From: an uncultured archaeon
Lineage (GTDB): Archaea; Asgardarchaeota; Lokiarchaeia; Sigyniarchaeales; Promethearchaeaceae
DNA: 32,000 bases
Direction of reading: 5' to 3'
Assembly (NCBI GenBank): GCA_964426185.1
Contig: CAYRPF010000001.1
Coordinates: 62,328 to 94,327 of the forward strand
Below, piece after piece: positions 18,569 through 28,174 of this stretch (position 1 is the first letter of the stretch; each line of letters begins with the position of its first letter). The translations under genes and the position numbers were made by a program. Below the pieces are notes generated by a model. That model worked only from the letters and a program-made list of their open reading frames with translations. It did no database searches and had not been told where the DNA came from.

Positions 18569-19015
18569 ATGACTCAAATTGGAATTGTTAAAGCAGTAAA
18601 TATCAGCCGTAAAAAAGGTGAAATTAAAGAAAACATCCATACTTGCAAAGTTAATATGCAAGGATTGGAAAATGATGCTCATTCAGGCGATTGGCATAGA
18701 CAAATTTCCTTATTGGCTGAAGAAAGTATTGATAAAATTCGCCATTTAAGTAATTCAATCACTTATGGTTCGTTTGCAGAAAACATAACCTCACAAGGAA
18801 TTCGATTACATGAACTACCTATCGGAAGCTTTTTTAAAATCAATGATGTCGTTTTAGAACTAACACAAATCGGAAAAAAATGTCATAACGATTGTGCGAT
18901 CATGCAACAAGTGGGGAAATGCGTTATGCCTACTGAAGGTGTTTTTGCTAAGGTCATTCATCCTGGAACGATCTCAGAAGGGGATGAAATTCGTGTTATT
19001 TTGCCTAATGAATAA
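18569..19015 (+). CDS. MOSC domain protein
   Basis: GLENDAH..WHRQISLL, GSFAENI, LELTQIGKKCH..C...GKCVMPTEGVF. Confidence 0.92.
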   Translation: MTQIGIVKAVNISRKKGEIKENIHTCKVNMQGLENDAHSGDWHRQISLLAEESIDKIRHLSNSITYGSFAENITSQGIRLHELPIGSFFKINDVVLELTQIGKKCHNDCAIMQQVGKCVMPTEGVFAKVIHPGTISEGDEIRVILPNE

Positions 19016-19032
19016 TTTAATGGTGATTCTCA

Positions 19033-19932
19033 ATTTCTTCCTTAAAATTAGTAGATAGATTTCACCGTGAGATCAAGCGTTTTCGAGTTTCAATTACATC
19101 AGAATGTAATTTAAACTGCCCTTATTGCCATCACGAAGGAAATCCAAATCCAAATCCCCATCAATTTACTCCATTAGAGCAGCTGGTCCAATTAACCCCG
19201 ATAATTTCTAAATATAATATTTCCAGTATCAAGATAACCGGTGGAGAGCCGCTTTTGCATCCTAAGGTTGTGGAAATTGTCCGACTTTTTTCTCAAATTC
19301 CATCCGTAAATGATGTTTCCTTAACTTCTAATGGGATTTTTTTAAAAAAGTATGCTGTTGAACTAAAAAAGGCAGGGTTAAACCGAATTAATATTGGCTG
19401 TGATACAATTTACGATTCTACATATAAAAATCTTAATAGAATAAAAGATGGTCTTCTATTGGCTAAAAAGGTGGGAATTTCCCCAATTAAATTGAATATG
19501 GTCATCTTGAAAGATGTGAATGAAGATCAATTTGAACCATTACTCGCTTTTTGTGAAGAACATGGGTTTATTCTGCAAGTTATCGAACTGATTAACACAA
19601 ATAAGGCTTTTTTTACTAAATACCATTACGATTTAAGCTCATTAGAAAACAATATTGCTCAAAGAGCCAGTAAAGTCATCACACGAGATGTTCAAGATCG
19701 TAAACAATACACATTAGATTCTGGTGTTGTTGTCGAATTTGTAAATCCTGTGCATAATTCACGGTTCTGCGCAAAATGTAATACTTTACGCGTGACCAAT
19801 GATTTTCAATTCCAACCTTGTCTAAATCGCCAAGATAATCTTGTTCCTGTCGGAGAAGAAATTGAAGAGAGTTTAAAACTGGCGATTCAAAGGAGAGAGC
19901 CATTTAATGTCAGAAAAAAAAACAAAAAATAA
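19033..19932 (+). CDS. moaA: GTP 3',8-cyclase MoaA (5' end extends upstream of the ORF-track start)
   Basis: The same frame upstream of 19255 reads LVDRFHREIKRFRVSITSECNLNCPYCHHEG...KITGGEPLL. C-terminal FCAKCNTLRVT...PCL. Proposed start is ATT at 19033. Confidence 0.9.
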   Translation: MSSLKLVDRFHREIKRFRVSITSECNLNCPYCHHEGNPNPNPHQFTPLEQLVQLTPIISKYNISSIKITGGEPLLHPKVVEIVRLFSQIPSVNDVSLTSNGIFLKKYAVELKKAGLNRINIGCDTIYDSTYKNLNRIKDGLLLAKKVGISPIKLNMVILKDVNEDQFEPLLAFCEEHGFILQVIELINTNKAFFTKYHYDLSSLENNIAQRASKVITRDVQDRKQYTLDSGVVVEFVNPVHNSRFCAKCNTLRVTNDFQFQPCLNRQDNLVPVGEEIEESLKLAIQRREPFNVRKKNKK

Positions 19933-20404
19933 CTCTAAAAAAATCGTTAAAAATATATCTATGGTTGATATTAGTGCAAAACCGCCTATTAAGCGCGTTG
20001 CTGTAGCTGAAGGGGAAATTCATCTTCAACCGACCACGATTGAGGCCATTCAGAGTGGAAGGATTAAAAAAGGGGATCCACTCGCTGTTTCTCAAGTTGC
20101 AGCAATAAATGCCGTTAAAAATACTCCAACTCTAATTCCTTTATGTCACCAAATCCCGATAACAAAGATTTCATTTGAAATTAATGTTGAATCGGAAAAA
20201 ATAAAGGTTAGTGTTAAAGTTGAAACTATTGCCCAAACTGGCGTAGAGATGGAAGCATTAATCGGTGTAAGTGTTTTTCTGAATAATATTTGGGATATGA
20301 CCAAGTATTTAGAAAAAGATCCAAATGGACAATATCCCACCACTAAGATTTCTAATATTCGTGTAATTTCTAAGCAAAAAATACCTATTTCTAATACAAA
20401 ATAA
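19907..20404 (+). CDS. moaC: Cyclic pyranopterin monophosphate synthase MoaC
   Basis: MVDISAK, KKGDPL, LIPLCHQIPI, TGVEMEAL, IWDMTK. Confidence 0.95.
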   Translation: MSEKKTKNNSKKIVKNISMVDISAKPPIKRVAVAEGEIHLQPTTIEAIQSGRIKKGDPLAVSQVAAINAVKNTPTLIPLCHQIPITKISFEINVESEKIKVSVKVETIAQTGVEMEALIGVSVFLNNIWDMTKYLEKDPNGQYPTTKISNIRVISKQKIPISNTK

Positions 20405-20415
20405 TTTTAAAATAG

Positions 20416-21633
20416 ATGATAGACATGAGACCGCTAAAATCTTTGATCAGTTTGGAACAAGCCCATGAAATTTTATTCAATAACCTCAAAATTTGCGAAG
20501 AAACAGAAAGAATTCCACTTTTGGAATTATCTAATCGCGTTTCTGCTGAAGAAATCAAAGCAGAATTCAATGTACCTCCATTCAGAAGGGCTGCAATGGA
20601 TGGATATGCTGTTAAAGCAAGTTCCACTTTTCAAGCCACGGATTCAAATCCCATCTACTTGGAGTGTATTGAGGAAATTCATGCAGGAGATGTACCCACT
20701 AAGTCAATTGATGAAACACAGTGTATGGAAATTGCCACGGGTGCAATGCTTCCCGATAGTGCAGATTGTGTAGTCCCGGTTGAGTATACAAATCGAGAAA
20801 AGAATAAAATTGAGATTCTTAAGGGATTTGCACCTCACAGCAATGTATCTCAAGAAGGTGTTGACATTCATCGAGGTGAAATCGTCATTCCCCAGGAAGT
20901 TGTGTTTACTCCTGCTCGAATTGGTGTATTAGCTGCTTTGAACCGAAAAGATGCTTTAGTTTATCGTAAAGTGAAAGTTGCCGTAATCCCTACAGGAAGG
21001 GAAATTGCACCTTTAGGCTCTGAATTAAAACCGGGACAAGTTTATGACATAAATACATATACTTTAACCACTTTGATTGCTCAACACGGGGGCGAACCAG
21101 TAGTATACGATCTCGTAGAAGATTCATTTGAAGCTTTGGAATCAGTAATTCTAGATGCCGTAACAAAAACAGATATAGTGGTAATTGGTGGTGGTAGCTC
21201 CGTGGGAGAACGTGATATAAATGTGGATATTATTGAAAAACATGGAACGGTTCTATTTCATGGGATTCAAATTCGGCCTGGAAAACCAACTTTGTGTGGA
21301 AAGATTCAAGATATCATGATTTTAAATCTTCCGGGCTATCCAACTTCCTGCTTAACTAATGGATATATCAATCTTTTACCGGTATTGCGGAAAATGAGCC
21401 ATCTTCCACCTGTTACTAAAAGAAAAATTCAAGTAAAATTGGCTAAAAAAATCGTTTCTCGGTTAGGCCGGCATCAAATTTTCACTGTGATGGTTAATGA
21501 TGAATATGCTTTTCCTGCCTATAAAGAATCAGGGGCAATTACAAGCATGGCATTAGCTGATGGCTACATCGAAATCCCCGATAATTGTGATTTGATCGAT
21601 AAAAATGAAATTGTGGAAGTTACTCTCTTCTAA
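20416..21633 (+). CDS. moeA: Molybdopterin metal insertase MoeA
   Basis: PPFRRAAMDGYAV, IATGAMLP, GGSSVGERD, RPGKPT, LPGYPTS, ESGAITSM. Confidence 0.95.
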   Translation: MIDMRPLKSLISLEQAHEILFNNLKICEETERIPLLELSNRVSAEEIKAEFNVPPFRRAAMDGYAVKASSTFQATDSNPIYLECIEEIHAGDVPTKSIDETQCMEIATGAMLPDSADCVVPVEYTNREKNKIEILKGFAPHSNVSQEGVDIHRGEIVIPQEVVFTPARIGVLAALNRKDALVYRKVKVAVIPTGREIAPLGSELKPGQVYDINTYTLTTLIAQHGGEPVVYDLVEDSFEALESVILDAVTKTDIVVIGGGSSVGERDINVDIIEKHGTVLFHGIQIRPGKPTLCGKIQDIMILNLPGYPTSCLTNGYINLLPVLRKMSHLPPVTKRKIQVKLAKKIVSRLGRHQIFTVMVNDEYAFPAYKESGAITSMALADGYIEIPDNCDLIDKNEIVEVTLF

Positions 21634-21683
21634 TTTTTTTATTTTACAATTAAAAATTTTAACGAACAAAATTGGCTAATATC

Positions 21684-22220
21684 ATGAAAGAAGAAACGAA
21701 AAGTACAAAAAATCACCATCTTTCTAAGTTGCCTCTCCAAATTCGAGCTAAAGTTATTATGATGAGTGATTCTCTTACAGCTGTCTCTGAAAAGAAGCGG
21801 GAAAAATTCGATAAATCGGGTAAAATCGCCGAACAATTAATCAAAAATAATGAAATTGAATGGGTTGGGATGGAATACTGCAGCGATGACATTGATCCTT
21901 TGCATGAACTGTTAGAGTCATATATTAAAGAAAAAATTGAACTCATAATTACCATAGGAGGAACTGGGATTAGCCAGCGCGATATTACTATTGAAGCTGC
22001 ATCCCCCTTTATTGAAAAAGAGCTGCCTGGATTTGGTGAATTATTCCGGTATCAAACCTATAAGTCGGTGGGAACGGTTTCGATTATGACACGTGCTTTA
22101 GCTGGAATTCATGGGAAATCAGTTATTGTATGTTTACCTGGGTCTCCGAATGCAGTAGAATTGGGAATTAACCTTATTTTAAAAGAAATTCAGCACATTG
22201 CAAGTTTACTCCAAAAATGA
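21684..22220 (+). CDS. moaB: Molybdopterin adenylyltransferase MoaB/MogA family
   Basis: DKSG, TIGGTGISQRDITIEA, LPGFGELFR, TRALAG, LPGSPNAV. Confidence 0.9.
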   Translation: MKEETKSTKNHHLSKLPLQIRAKVIMMSDSLTAVSEKKREKFDKSGKIAEQLIKNNEIEWVGMEYCSDDIDPLHELLESYIKEKIELIITIGGTGISQRDITIEAASPFIEKELPGFGELFRYQTYKSVGTVSIMTRALAGIHGKSVIVCLPGSPNAVELGINLILKEIQHIASLLQK

Positions 22221-23188
22221 TTTTTATTCAAGAAATAAAATTGATAATAATGAAGAAAAACCAAAAAATTGCCTTATGGGGATTAAGCATCATCATTATT
22301 GCAACCTTTTCCTTTGGAGGATTTATCTACTTCAAACACCAATCCGAAAAGAAGATAATTTTAGCCACAACCACTTCCACCTATGATAGTGGTCTGCTAG
22401 ATTATTTACTACCAGTATTTGAAGAACAAAATGGAATAACCGTCGAAATTTTATCGGTTGGAACAGGTCAAGCTTTAAGTATTGGGCAATCCGGTGACGC
22501 AGATGTGTTGTTGGTTCATGCTCGCACAAGAGAAGATGAATTCATTGCTAATGAATATGGAATTCATCGAACTTGTGTAATGTACAACGATTTCATTCTG
22601 GTAGGACCTTCTTCTAATCCAGCACATATTCAAAATCAGAATTTAACTACAGCACTCAATAATTTAATTTCAGCAGGAGAAAATGGAACAATTTCATTCT
22701 ATTCTCGAGGTGATGGTTCAGGCACTCATTCCAAAGAATTAGCTTTATGGGATTCTGTCGGTTTTACTCCAAATGCATTTAACATGACATGGTATAAGGA
22801 AACTGGAGCAAGTATGGGTAGCACATTGATAATTACCAATGAAAACCAGGGATATACCTTAATAGACAGAGGAACATGGTTGGCTACCAAAGCAACTGTC
22901 GATCTTGTAGTAGTTCACGAGGGAGATCCGATTTTACTGAACCCCTATGGTGCTATTTTAATTAATCCTGAAATTCATTCTGGAATTAATTTTGAAATGG
23001 CACGGGAATTTGTTGCCTTTCTGGTTTCGGAGCAGGGCCAAACCTTGATAAATGAGTATAAAGTCAATGGAGAACAATTATTTCACGCGGATTTTGGAAA
23101 TTGCGACAAATTAACTGGTTGCAGTACTACTTCAACCGAAATTGAATATTGGACAAATTATAATGGAAATTTTACCGGTTTCGATTAA
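22217..23188 (+). CDS. tupA: Tungstate ABC transporter substrate-binding protein TupA
   Basis: ATTTSTYDSGLLD (TTTS signature), GTGQAL, DADVLLVH, SRGDGSGTH, LLNPY. N-terminal transmembrane anchor. Start may be 22250. Confidence 0.92.
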   Translation: MIFIQEIKLIIMKKNQKIALWGLSIIIIATFSFGGFIYFKHQSEKKIILATTTSTYDSGLLDYLLPVFEEQNGITVEILSVGTGQALSIGQSGDADVLLVHARTREDEFIANEYGIHRTCVMYNDFILVGPSSNPAHIQNQNLTTALNNLISAGENGTISFYSRGDGSGTHSKELALWDSVGFTPNAFNMTWYKETGASMGSTLIITNENQGYTLIDRGTWLATKATVDLVVVHEGDPILLNPYGAILINPEIHSGINFEMAREFVAFLVSEQGQTLINEYKVNGEQLFHADFGNCDKLTGCSTTSTEIEYWTNYNGNFTGFD

Positions 23189-23189
23189 A

Positions 23190-23882
23190 ATGAATCCAAT
23201 CCTAGTGGGTTTCTCTGAAGCCTTCAATTTACTTTTTTCTTTTGATGAAGAAATATGGAGTATCATATTTCTTTCTTTTCAAGTTTCAGGGATAGCAACA
23301 TTAATATCTGTCATTTTCGCGCTACCATTAGGATCTTACATGGGTCTTCAAGAATTTCGGTGGAAAAAGACCATTTCAACCATTATTAATACTTGTATGG
23401 GCTTTCCAACTGTAGTCTTGGGATTAATTGTTTTTTTATTATTATCAAAGAGCGGCCCTTTGGGAAATTTAGCACTTCTATATTCCCCTGTTGCTATGAT
23501 AATTGCCCAGATCTTGCTTACTTTTCCAATTATTTTAGGAACAACTAAAGCTGCAGTTGAGAGTGTGTCTTCTTCGGTAAAAGAATTATTGTTATCCTTA
23601 GGTTCAACTCGTTTTCAATTATGGAAATCTTTACTGTTAGAATCCCGGAAATCAACAATATCTGGGGTGATAATGGCATTTGGTCGGGCAATTTCTGAGG
23701 TTGGAGCTGTAATGATTGTAGGGGGGAATATTCGATGGTATACTCGAACTTTTACAACTGCTATTATTATGCAAACCCGAATGGGCGATTTTGGCATGGC
23801 TATTGCCCTAGGAATGATTCTTCTATTGTTAACATTTATCATTAATATATTTCTCACTCATTTACAAACGGAGGAAGCCTAA
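23190..23882 (+). CDS. tupB: Tungstate ABC transporter permease TupB
   Basis: Hydrophobic; GFPTVVLGL, GPLG, AFGRAISEVGAVMIVGGNI..TRTFTTAI. Confidence 0.92.
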   Translation: MNPILVGFSEAFNLLFSFDEEIWSIIFLSFQVSGIATLISVIFALPLGSYMGLQEFRWKKTISTIINTCMGFPTVVLGLIVFLLLSKSGPLGNLALLYSPVAMIIAQILLTFPIILGTTKAAVESVSSSVKELLLSLGSTRFQLWKSLLLESRKSTISGVIMAFGRAISEVGAVMIVGGNIRWYTRTFTTAIIMQTRMGDFGMAIALGMILLLLTFIINIFLTHLQTEEA

Positions 23883-25009
23883 TGGATGCAATTATTACCG
23901 ATACAAGTGAACAAAATTCTTTTTTAATTCGTTGTAAAGATCTTTCTGTGCATTATCGGCAACCTAATGGACATTTTACTCGAGTTTTATCCAATCTTTC
24001 TTTGGAAATCCGTCAAGGGGAAAATTTGGTTATTATTGGTCCAAACGGCGCGGGAAAAACCACTTTATTGAAAATAATTGGTTTACTCATTTCACCTACC
24101 AATGGAAATATATGGTTCAGAGAAAAACTGCTTGAGAAAATAAATGCTCGTGAACGGCTGCAAATTCGCCGTAAAATTGCTTTTGTTCATCAGAAACCAG
24201 TTGTGCTAAATACTACTGTAAAAAAAAATCTTGCATATCCATTACTTATTCGGAGATTCCCTAAAAAAAAAATTCAGCAGAAAGTTTCCCAAATGTTGAA
24301 ACTGCTTGAATTAAGTAAGTTTATCAATCATCCTGCCCGAAAATTGTCCGGAGGGGAGATGCAGCGCGTTGCTATCGGAATGAGTTTAATTTATGAACCT
24401 GAATTGATTCTATTTGATGAAAGTATGGCAAATCTGGATCCCAGCAATCAACATCTGATCGAGGGTTTAATGCAGAATTTATTAAACGATCAATCCAAAA
24501 CTTTGCTTATCACAACACACGATCCTATGGAAGCAATTAAATTTGGTGATCGGATTGCAGTGTTAAACCAAGGCAAAATTATACAAATAGATAAACCAGA
24601 ACGTATTTTTCTGGAGCCCAATGATGCCTTTACGGCTCAATTTGTTGGCTATGAAAACATTTTTGAAGGTTTCGGCGTTATTGATTCGGATACAGGAATC
24701 AATAATATTAAAATTAACGATATTACAATCGCGGCTTCAAAAGCCCGGGAAGGAAAGGTTAAAGTGTGTATTCGCCCTGAAAGCATCGTAATTTCGCATT
24801 ATCGCCCCAAAGAGATAAGTTTTCGTAATATTTTGAAGGGAAACATCATGAAATGCAACGATTTAGGAATAGTATTTCACGTTTTCGTATCTGTTTCTAC
24901 TGACGTTTTTTTGGTATCCATCACGCGCAATGCATGGAATACTTTACAGCTTTCTTTGGGAGAGCCCGTATTTATCAGCTTTAAAGCTACAGATGTGCAA
25001 ATACTATAA
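23882..25009 (+). CDS. tupC: Tungstate ABC transporter ATPase with C-terminal TOBE domains
   Basis: GPNGAGKT, LSGGEMQR, LFDE, TTHD; C-terminal IRPESI...SFRNILKG...SFKAT. Confidence 0.88.
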   Translation: MDAIITDTSEQNSFLIRCKDLSVHYRQPNGHFTRVLSNLSLEIRQGENLVIIGPNGAGKTTLLKIIGLLISPTNGNIWFREKLLEKINARERLQIRRKIAFVHQKPVVLNTTVKKNLAYPLLIRRFPKKKIQQKVSQMLKLLELSKFINHPARKLSGGEMQRVAIGMSLIYEPELILFDESMANLDPSNQHLIEGLMQNLLNDQSKTLLITTHDPMEAIKFGDRIAVLNQGKIIQIDKPERIFLEPNDAFTAQFVGYENIFEGFGVIDSDTGINNIKINDITIAASKAREGKVKVCIRPESIVISHYRPKEISFRNILKGNIMKCNDLGIVFHVFVSVSTDVFLVSITRNAWNTLQLSLGEPVFISFKATDVQIL

Positions 25010-25066
25010 ATTTCTAATATCTTTTCTCCGAAGAACTTTTATAATTTCCATGAATTCACTATACTG

Positions 25067-25720
25067 ATGGATTCACGAACCCTTCCTCCTTTTAATTCTT
25101 TAGTTCAACGGCTTTTTCACACCAAAACTATTGGACCTTCTTATAAACCCCCCCATATTCTTTACGTTCTTCATATAATAGGAGGGCAATCTCAAGGTGT
25201 TGGGCGTTACCGAATCAGAAAAGAAGTAGGATTGGGTGAAGGTTCAGTAAAAACCTTGTTAAATCGGCTCAAGGATGAAATGATAATTCGAGTTGAAGGT
25301 GCGCGCCAGAGAGGTCATGTTTTAACCCCAAAAGGCCGTGAACTTTATAATTATTTATCCCATATAATTTCCATTCCTCAATTTCTTCCAAATTTAGACA
25401 ACAAATATGTGATCGGTTATCATGCGGCATATTGCCTGCTCGATCCCCAGTATTTAGTTCCAAATTTCGGACAGCTTTCTGTGCCCCTAAGAGATGAAGC
25501 AATAAAAATAGGAGGAACGGGATGCAGCACTTTGGAATATAATGGAAATAGTTGGTTTTTTTTGAATTCTACTTCTTATATCTTAAATTTAGAATTGCAG
25601 CCGAGTCATGCTAAAAAAGTAAAAAAAGGTTCGATTCTGGTGATTGGAGGTGGGGAATCTCATAACAAGGCTGTTTTAGCCACCTTCGCTGCTTGTTTAC
25701 GCTTGATTAAATCCCTCTAA
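25067..25720 (+). CDS. Archaeal winged-helix protein (DUF4443-like)
   Basis: GRYRIRKEVGLGEGSVKTLLNRL...GHVLTPKG and RDEAIKIGGTG. Confidence 0.72.
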   Translation: MDSRTLPPFNSLVQRLFHTKTIGPSYKPPHILYVLHIIGGQSQGVGRYRIRKEVGLGEGSVKTLLNRLKDEMIIRVEGARQRGHVLTPKGRELYNYLSHIISIPQFLPNLDNKYVIGYHAAYCLLDPQYLVPNFGQLSVPLRDEAIKIGGTGCSTLEYNGNSWFFLNSTSYILNLELQPSHAKKVKKGSILVIGGGESHNKAVLATFAACLRLIKSL

Positions 25721-25741
25721 TTTTAAGTTAAATTTGGGATT

Positions 25742-26584
25742 TCACGACATAAGTTTAATTCGGGTTGAAAGTGATGGGAAGACCTCTAAATAGTTTGAGT
25801 AATACATTCTCTCCAGAAATTCTTCATCGATATTTTCCTCTTCAAATAATTCTATCGTATTGGCCAATCCAAAAAGTGAACTATCTTTATATCCTAAGGA
25901 AGAATTGAGTACGATCCGATCAGAGCGAGAATAACTCTTAAATATATTCAAAGCTTCCTCTGGACTTGTAGCTTGTTGCCCAACCGTAATACCTACCTTA
26001 ATATTAGGCTCATGAGTGCGTAGAACCAATTCTACGATTTCCAAATCACAGTGGTTGATAATTGCACTGGTAACTTTGGCTTTGGCCAATTCTTTCAAAA
26101 TTATAGAGGTTAATGCGACCTTATTCACACTAGGTGCTTCAACTACCACTGGCATATCATATTTGCTGGCTAAGGCTAACTGGCGTTTCATCTGCAAATA
26201 TTCTTCTTTTGTGCCGAATCCCATACCGATTTCGCCAATTCCTATGATCTTTTTCGTTTTGATATAGTCTTCTATATAATTTACAGCAGATTCTACTACT
26301 TTTGAACTAATATTACGAAAGGGCGGAATTCCTATTATTGGATGTAAACGCAAGGAGTATTTGGCATATCGCTTCACATCCACATCGCACATCCAGGTAA
26401 AAAAATCGTTAATAGATTCTGGTGAAGTCGGTGTAAAGGGAAAAATTAAGGTAGTAATTAAATCTCTAAATCCAATATGTCGAAACATCTTTAGGTCGCC
26501 CACAGTTCGATAAATGCTGTGAATGATATCAATACGTTGACCTGCGTATATTAAGTGTGATGATTTAGTAAGCATTTTTATCAT
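25742..26584 (-). CDS. TatD-like amidohydrolase-fold protein with degenerate metal ligands
   Basis: IIGIGEIG, QLALASKYDMPVVV, IINH, GITV, RIVLNS. Confidence 0.75.
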   Translation of the reverse strand: MIKMLTKSSHLIYAGQRIDIIHSIYRTVGDLKMFRHIGFRDLITTLIFPFTPTSPESINDFFTWMCDVDVKRYAKYSLRLHPIIGIPPFRNISSKVVESAVNYIEDYIKTKKIIGIGEIGMGFGTKEEYLQMKRQLALASKYDMPVVVEAPSVNKVALTSIILKELAKAKVTSAIINHCDLEIVELVLRTHEPNIKVGITVGQQATSPEEALNIFKSYSRSDRIVLNSSLGYKDSSLFGLANTIELFEEENIDEEFLERMYYSNYLEVFPSLSTRIKLMS

Positions 26585-26680
26585 GTTATTTTACCGCTTT
26601 TCATATAAAAAGATTCTCTTACGTGAATTTTTTAGGGATCCGAATGTATAATTAAATATTATCGAGAGGGTTTAAGTGAA

Positions 26681-27826
26681 ATGGAGCCAGAACCATTCGT
26701 CTTTCAAGGGAAGTTATCAGACTTTGAGAAGAAAATAGTTGAATTTCTGCTGGTGGATGCCCAGATGAATGGTGGTGATCCGAATGAGACCCTTATTTAT
26801 ATCTACATACTTTTGCATCGGAGATTAACCCAAGCACAATTGACCGAATTGACCAATTTTCCAAAAAGTAAAGTATCAAAAATTACTCAGCAACTCGTAG
26901 CTGAAGGCATTTTGAAGAAAGAATTCATACCTGGCACTCATACAAACGAATATATGCTCATACAACAGCCGTTTGAAATGAACTTTGTCCCCGTTGATCA
27001 AATTATCGAAAGTTTTAGAGAAATGTCAAAGTTCGTCGATGATACCATCAAAGAATTGCTGGAATTACCCGGAAAACATCGTAAAGATCGAAACTTACTG
27101 ATTTGGAGATTGTATGATTTCTCCCGATATACCCGTGGTTGCACCCAGATACTGAATTTTCAAAAGGAAAATTCTAACTTGCAAAAATTCGTATTCACAG
27201 ATAAGACTTATGAGTTAATCACTCCTGCTTTCCGAGAAGAAATGCGGGAATATTTGTTCAATTTAGATAAATCCAGCACTTATTTAATCGATTTTCAAGA
27301 TGAAGATATCCAGAAAATTGAAGCAAAGATTATAAAATTTCTACTTGATCACATCGTTAAAGAAGAAAAAGAATCCATCAGCCGTATCCTTGCTTACTTC
27401 ATCACACGAGGCAAATTAACTCAAAATTCCATTCAAAAATTAACAGATTTTTCCTCCGGCACCATTTCGCAAACTCTTCGCTATCTTTTAAAGGAAAAAA
27501 AAATTGATCAAATCCCTACTTCACGAATTGCTGGGAATGAATATTATTATACCCTGGAATCTATCAGTTTGATGCTTTTACATTACCATTCATCCGTATA
27601 TAAAGATTTAATCGCATGGAAACCTACTTTCGATGAGATTAAACTGCAATTAAATGAACATGGCAATGATCTTCTGTTTACTGATGGATATTTTTCCATC
27701 TATACAATTACCGATAAAATTCTAACCATCTTTTTCCCGAAATACGAGCAATACCTTTCTCAACATGAAAGACTGTTGGAGATCAATGAAAATGCTATTT
27801 TTAAAGAAGAAAAATCCATCTGTTGA
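26681..27826 (+). CDS. Duplicated winged-helix (GbsR/MarR/TrmB-like) regulator
   Basis: Two homologous halves: LTQAQLTELTNFPKSKVSKI and LTQNSIQKLTDFSSGTISQT. Confidence 0.8.
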   Translation: MEPEPFVFQGKLSDFEKKIVEFLLVDAQMNGGDPNETLIYIYILLHRRLTQAQLTELTNFPKSKVSKITQQLVAEGILKKEFIPGTHTNEYMLIQQPFEMNFVPVDQIIESFREMSKFVDDTIKELLELPGKHRKDRNLLIWRLYDFSRYTRGCTQILNFQKENSNLQKFVFTDKTYELITPAFREEMREYLFNLDKSSTYLIDFQDEDIQKIEAKIIKFLLDHIVKEEKESISRILAYFITRGKLTQNSIQKLTDFSSGTISQTLRYLLKEKKIDQIPTSRIAGNEYYYTLESISLMLLHYHSSVYKDLIAWKPTFDEIKLQLNEHGNDLLFTDGYFSIYTITDKILTIFFPKYEQYLSQHERLLEINENAIFKEEKSIC

Positions 27827-28167
27827 TGATTGGGGCGTAATTCCAGATTGGGAAATCAGTATACCCAAAAAATGGGTATCGAGAATATGAATATGGAAAA
27901 ATCTCGAAATAATTGCATAATCTATCTGATAGACCAGTCCTTACTAGTAAATCCACAAGTTTTCCATTTTATCGCAGAAAAATTATCCGAAAACAGCAAA
28001 TTATGCCAAAATATCGAAGAAATTCTTAGAAACTTAAAAATTCCCATCCAAAAAGGATAATATAAAATAAAGATATAAAGAAAATTATAAAGTAAAACCA
28101 AAATCTTTGATTTCATTAAGAAGATCAACTGAATTTCATAGATCGCTAAGCATATTGATTTATTCAG

Positions 28168-28174
28168 AAAAAAA
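28168..28174 (-). terminator. Oligo-T terminator candidate directly after the tRNA
   Basis: A7 run on + (T7 on -) abutting the CCA end. Confidence 0.45.

Noticed and set aside
19018-19026. Selenocysteine/readthrough at the in-frame TGA before moaA
   Set aside because: An in-frame TAA lies two codons upstream (19018-19020), so readthrough would not reach a start codon.
27830-28060. 76-aa ORF between the wHTH gene and the tRNA
   Set aside because: No motif and a weak start; it could be a small protein but cannot be supported.
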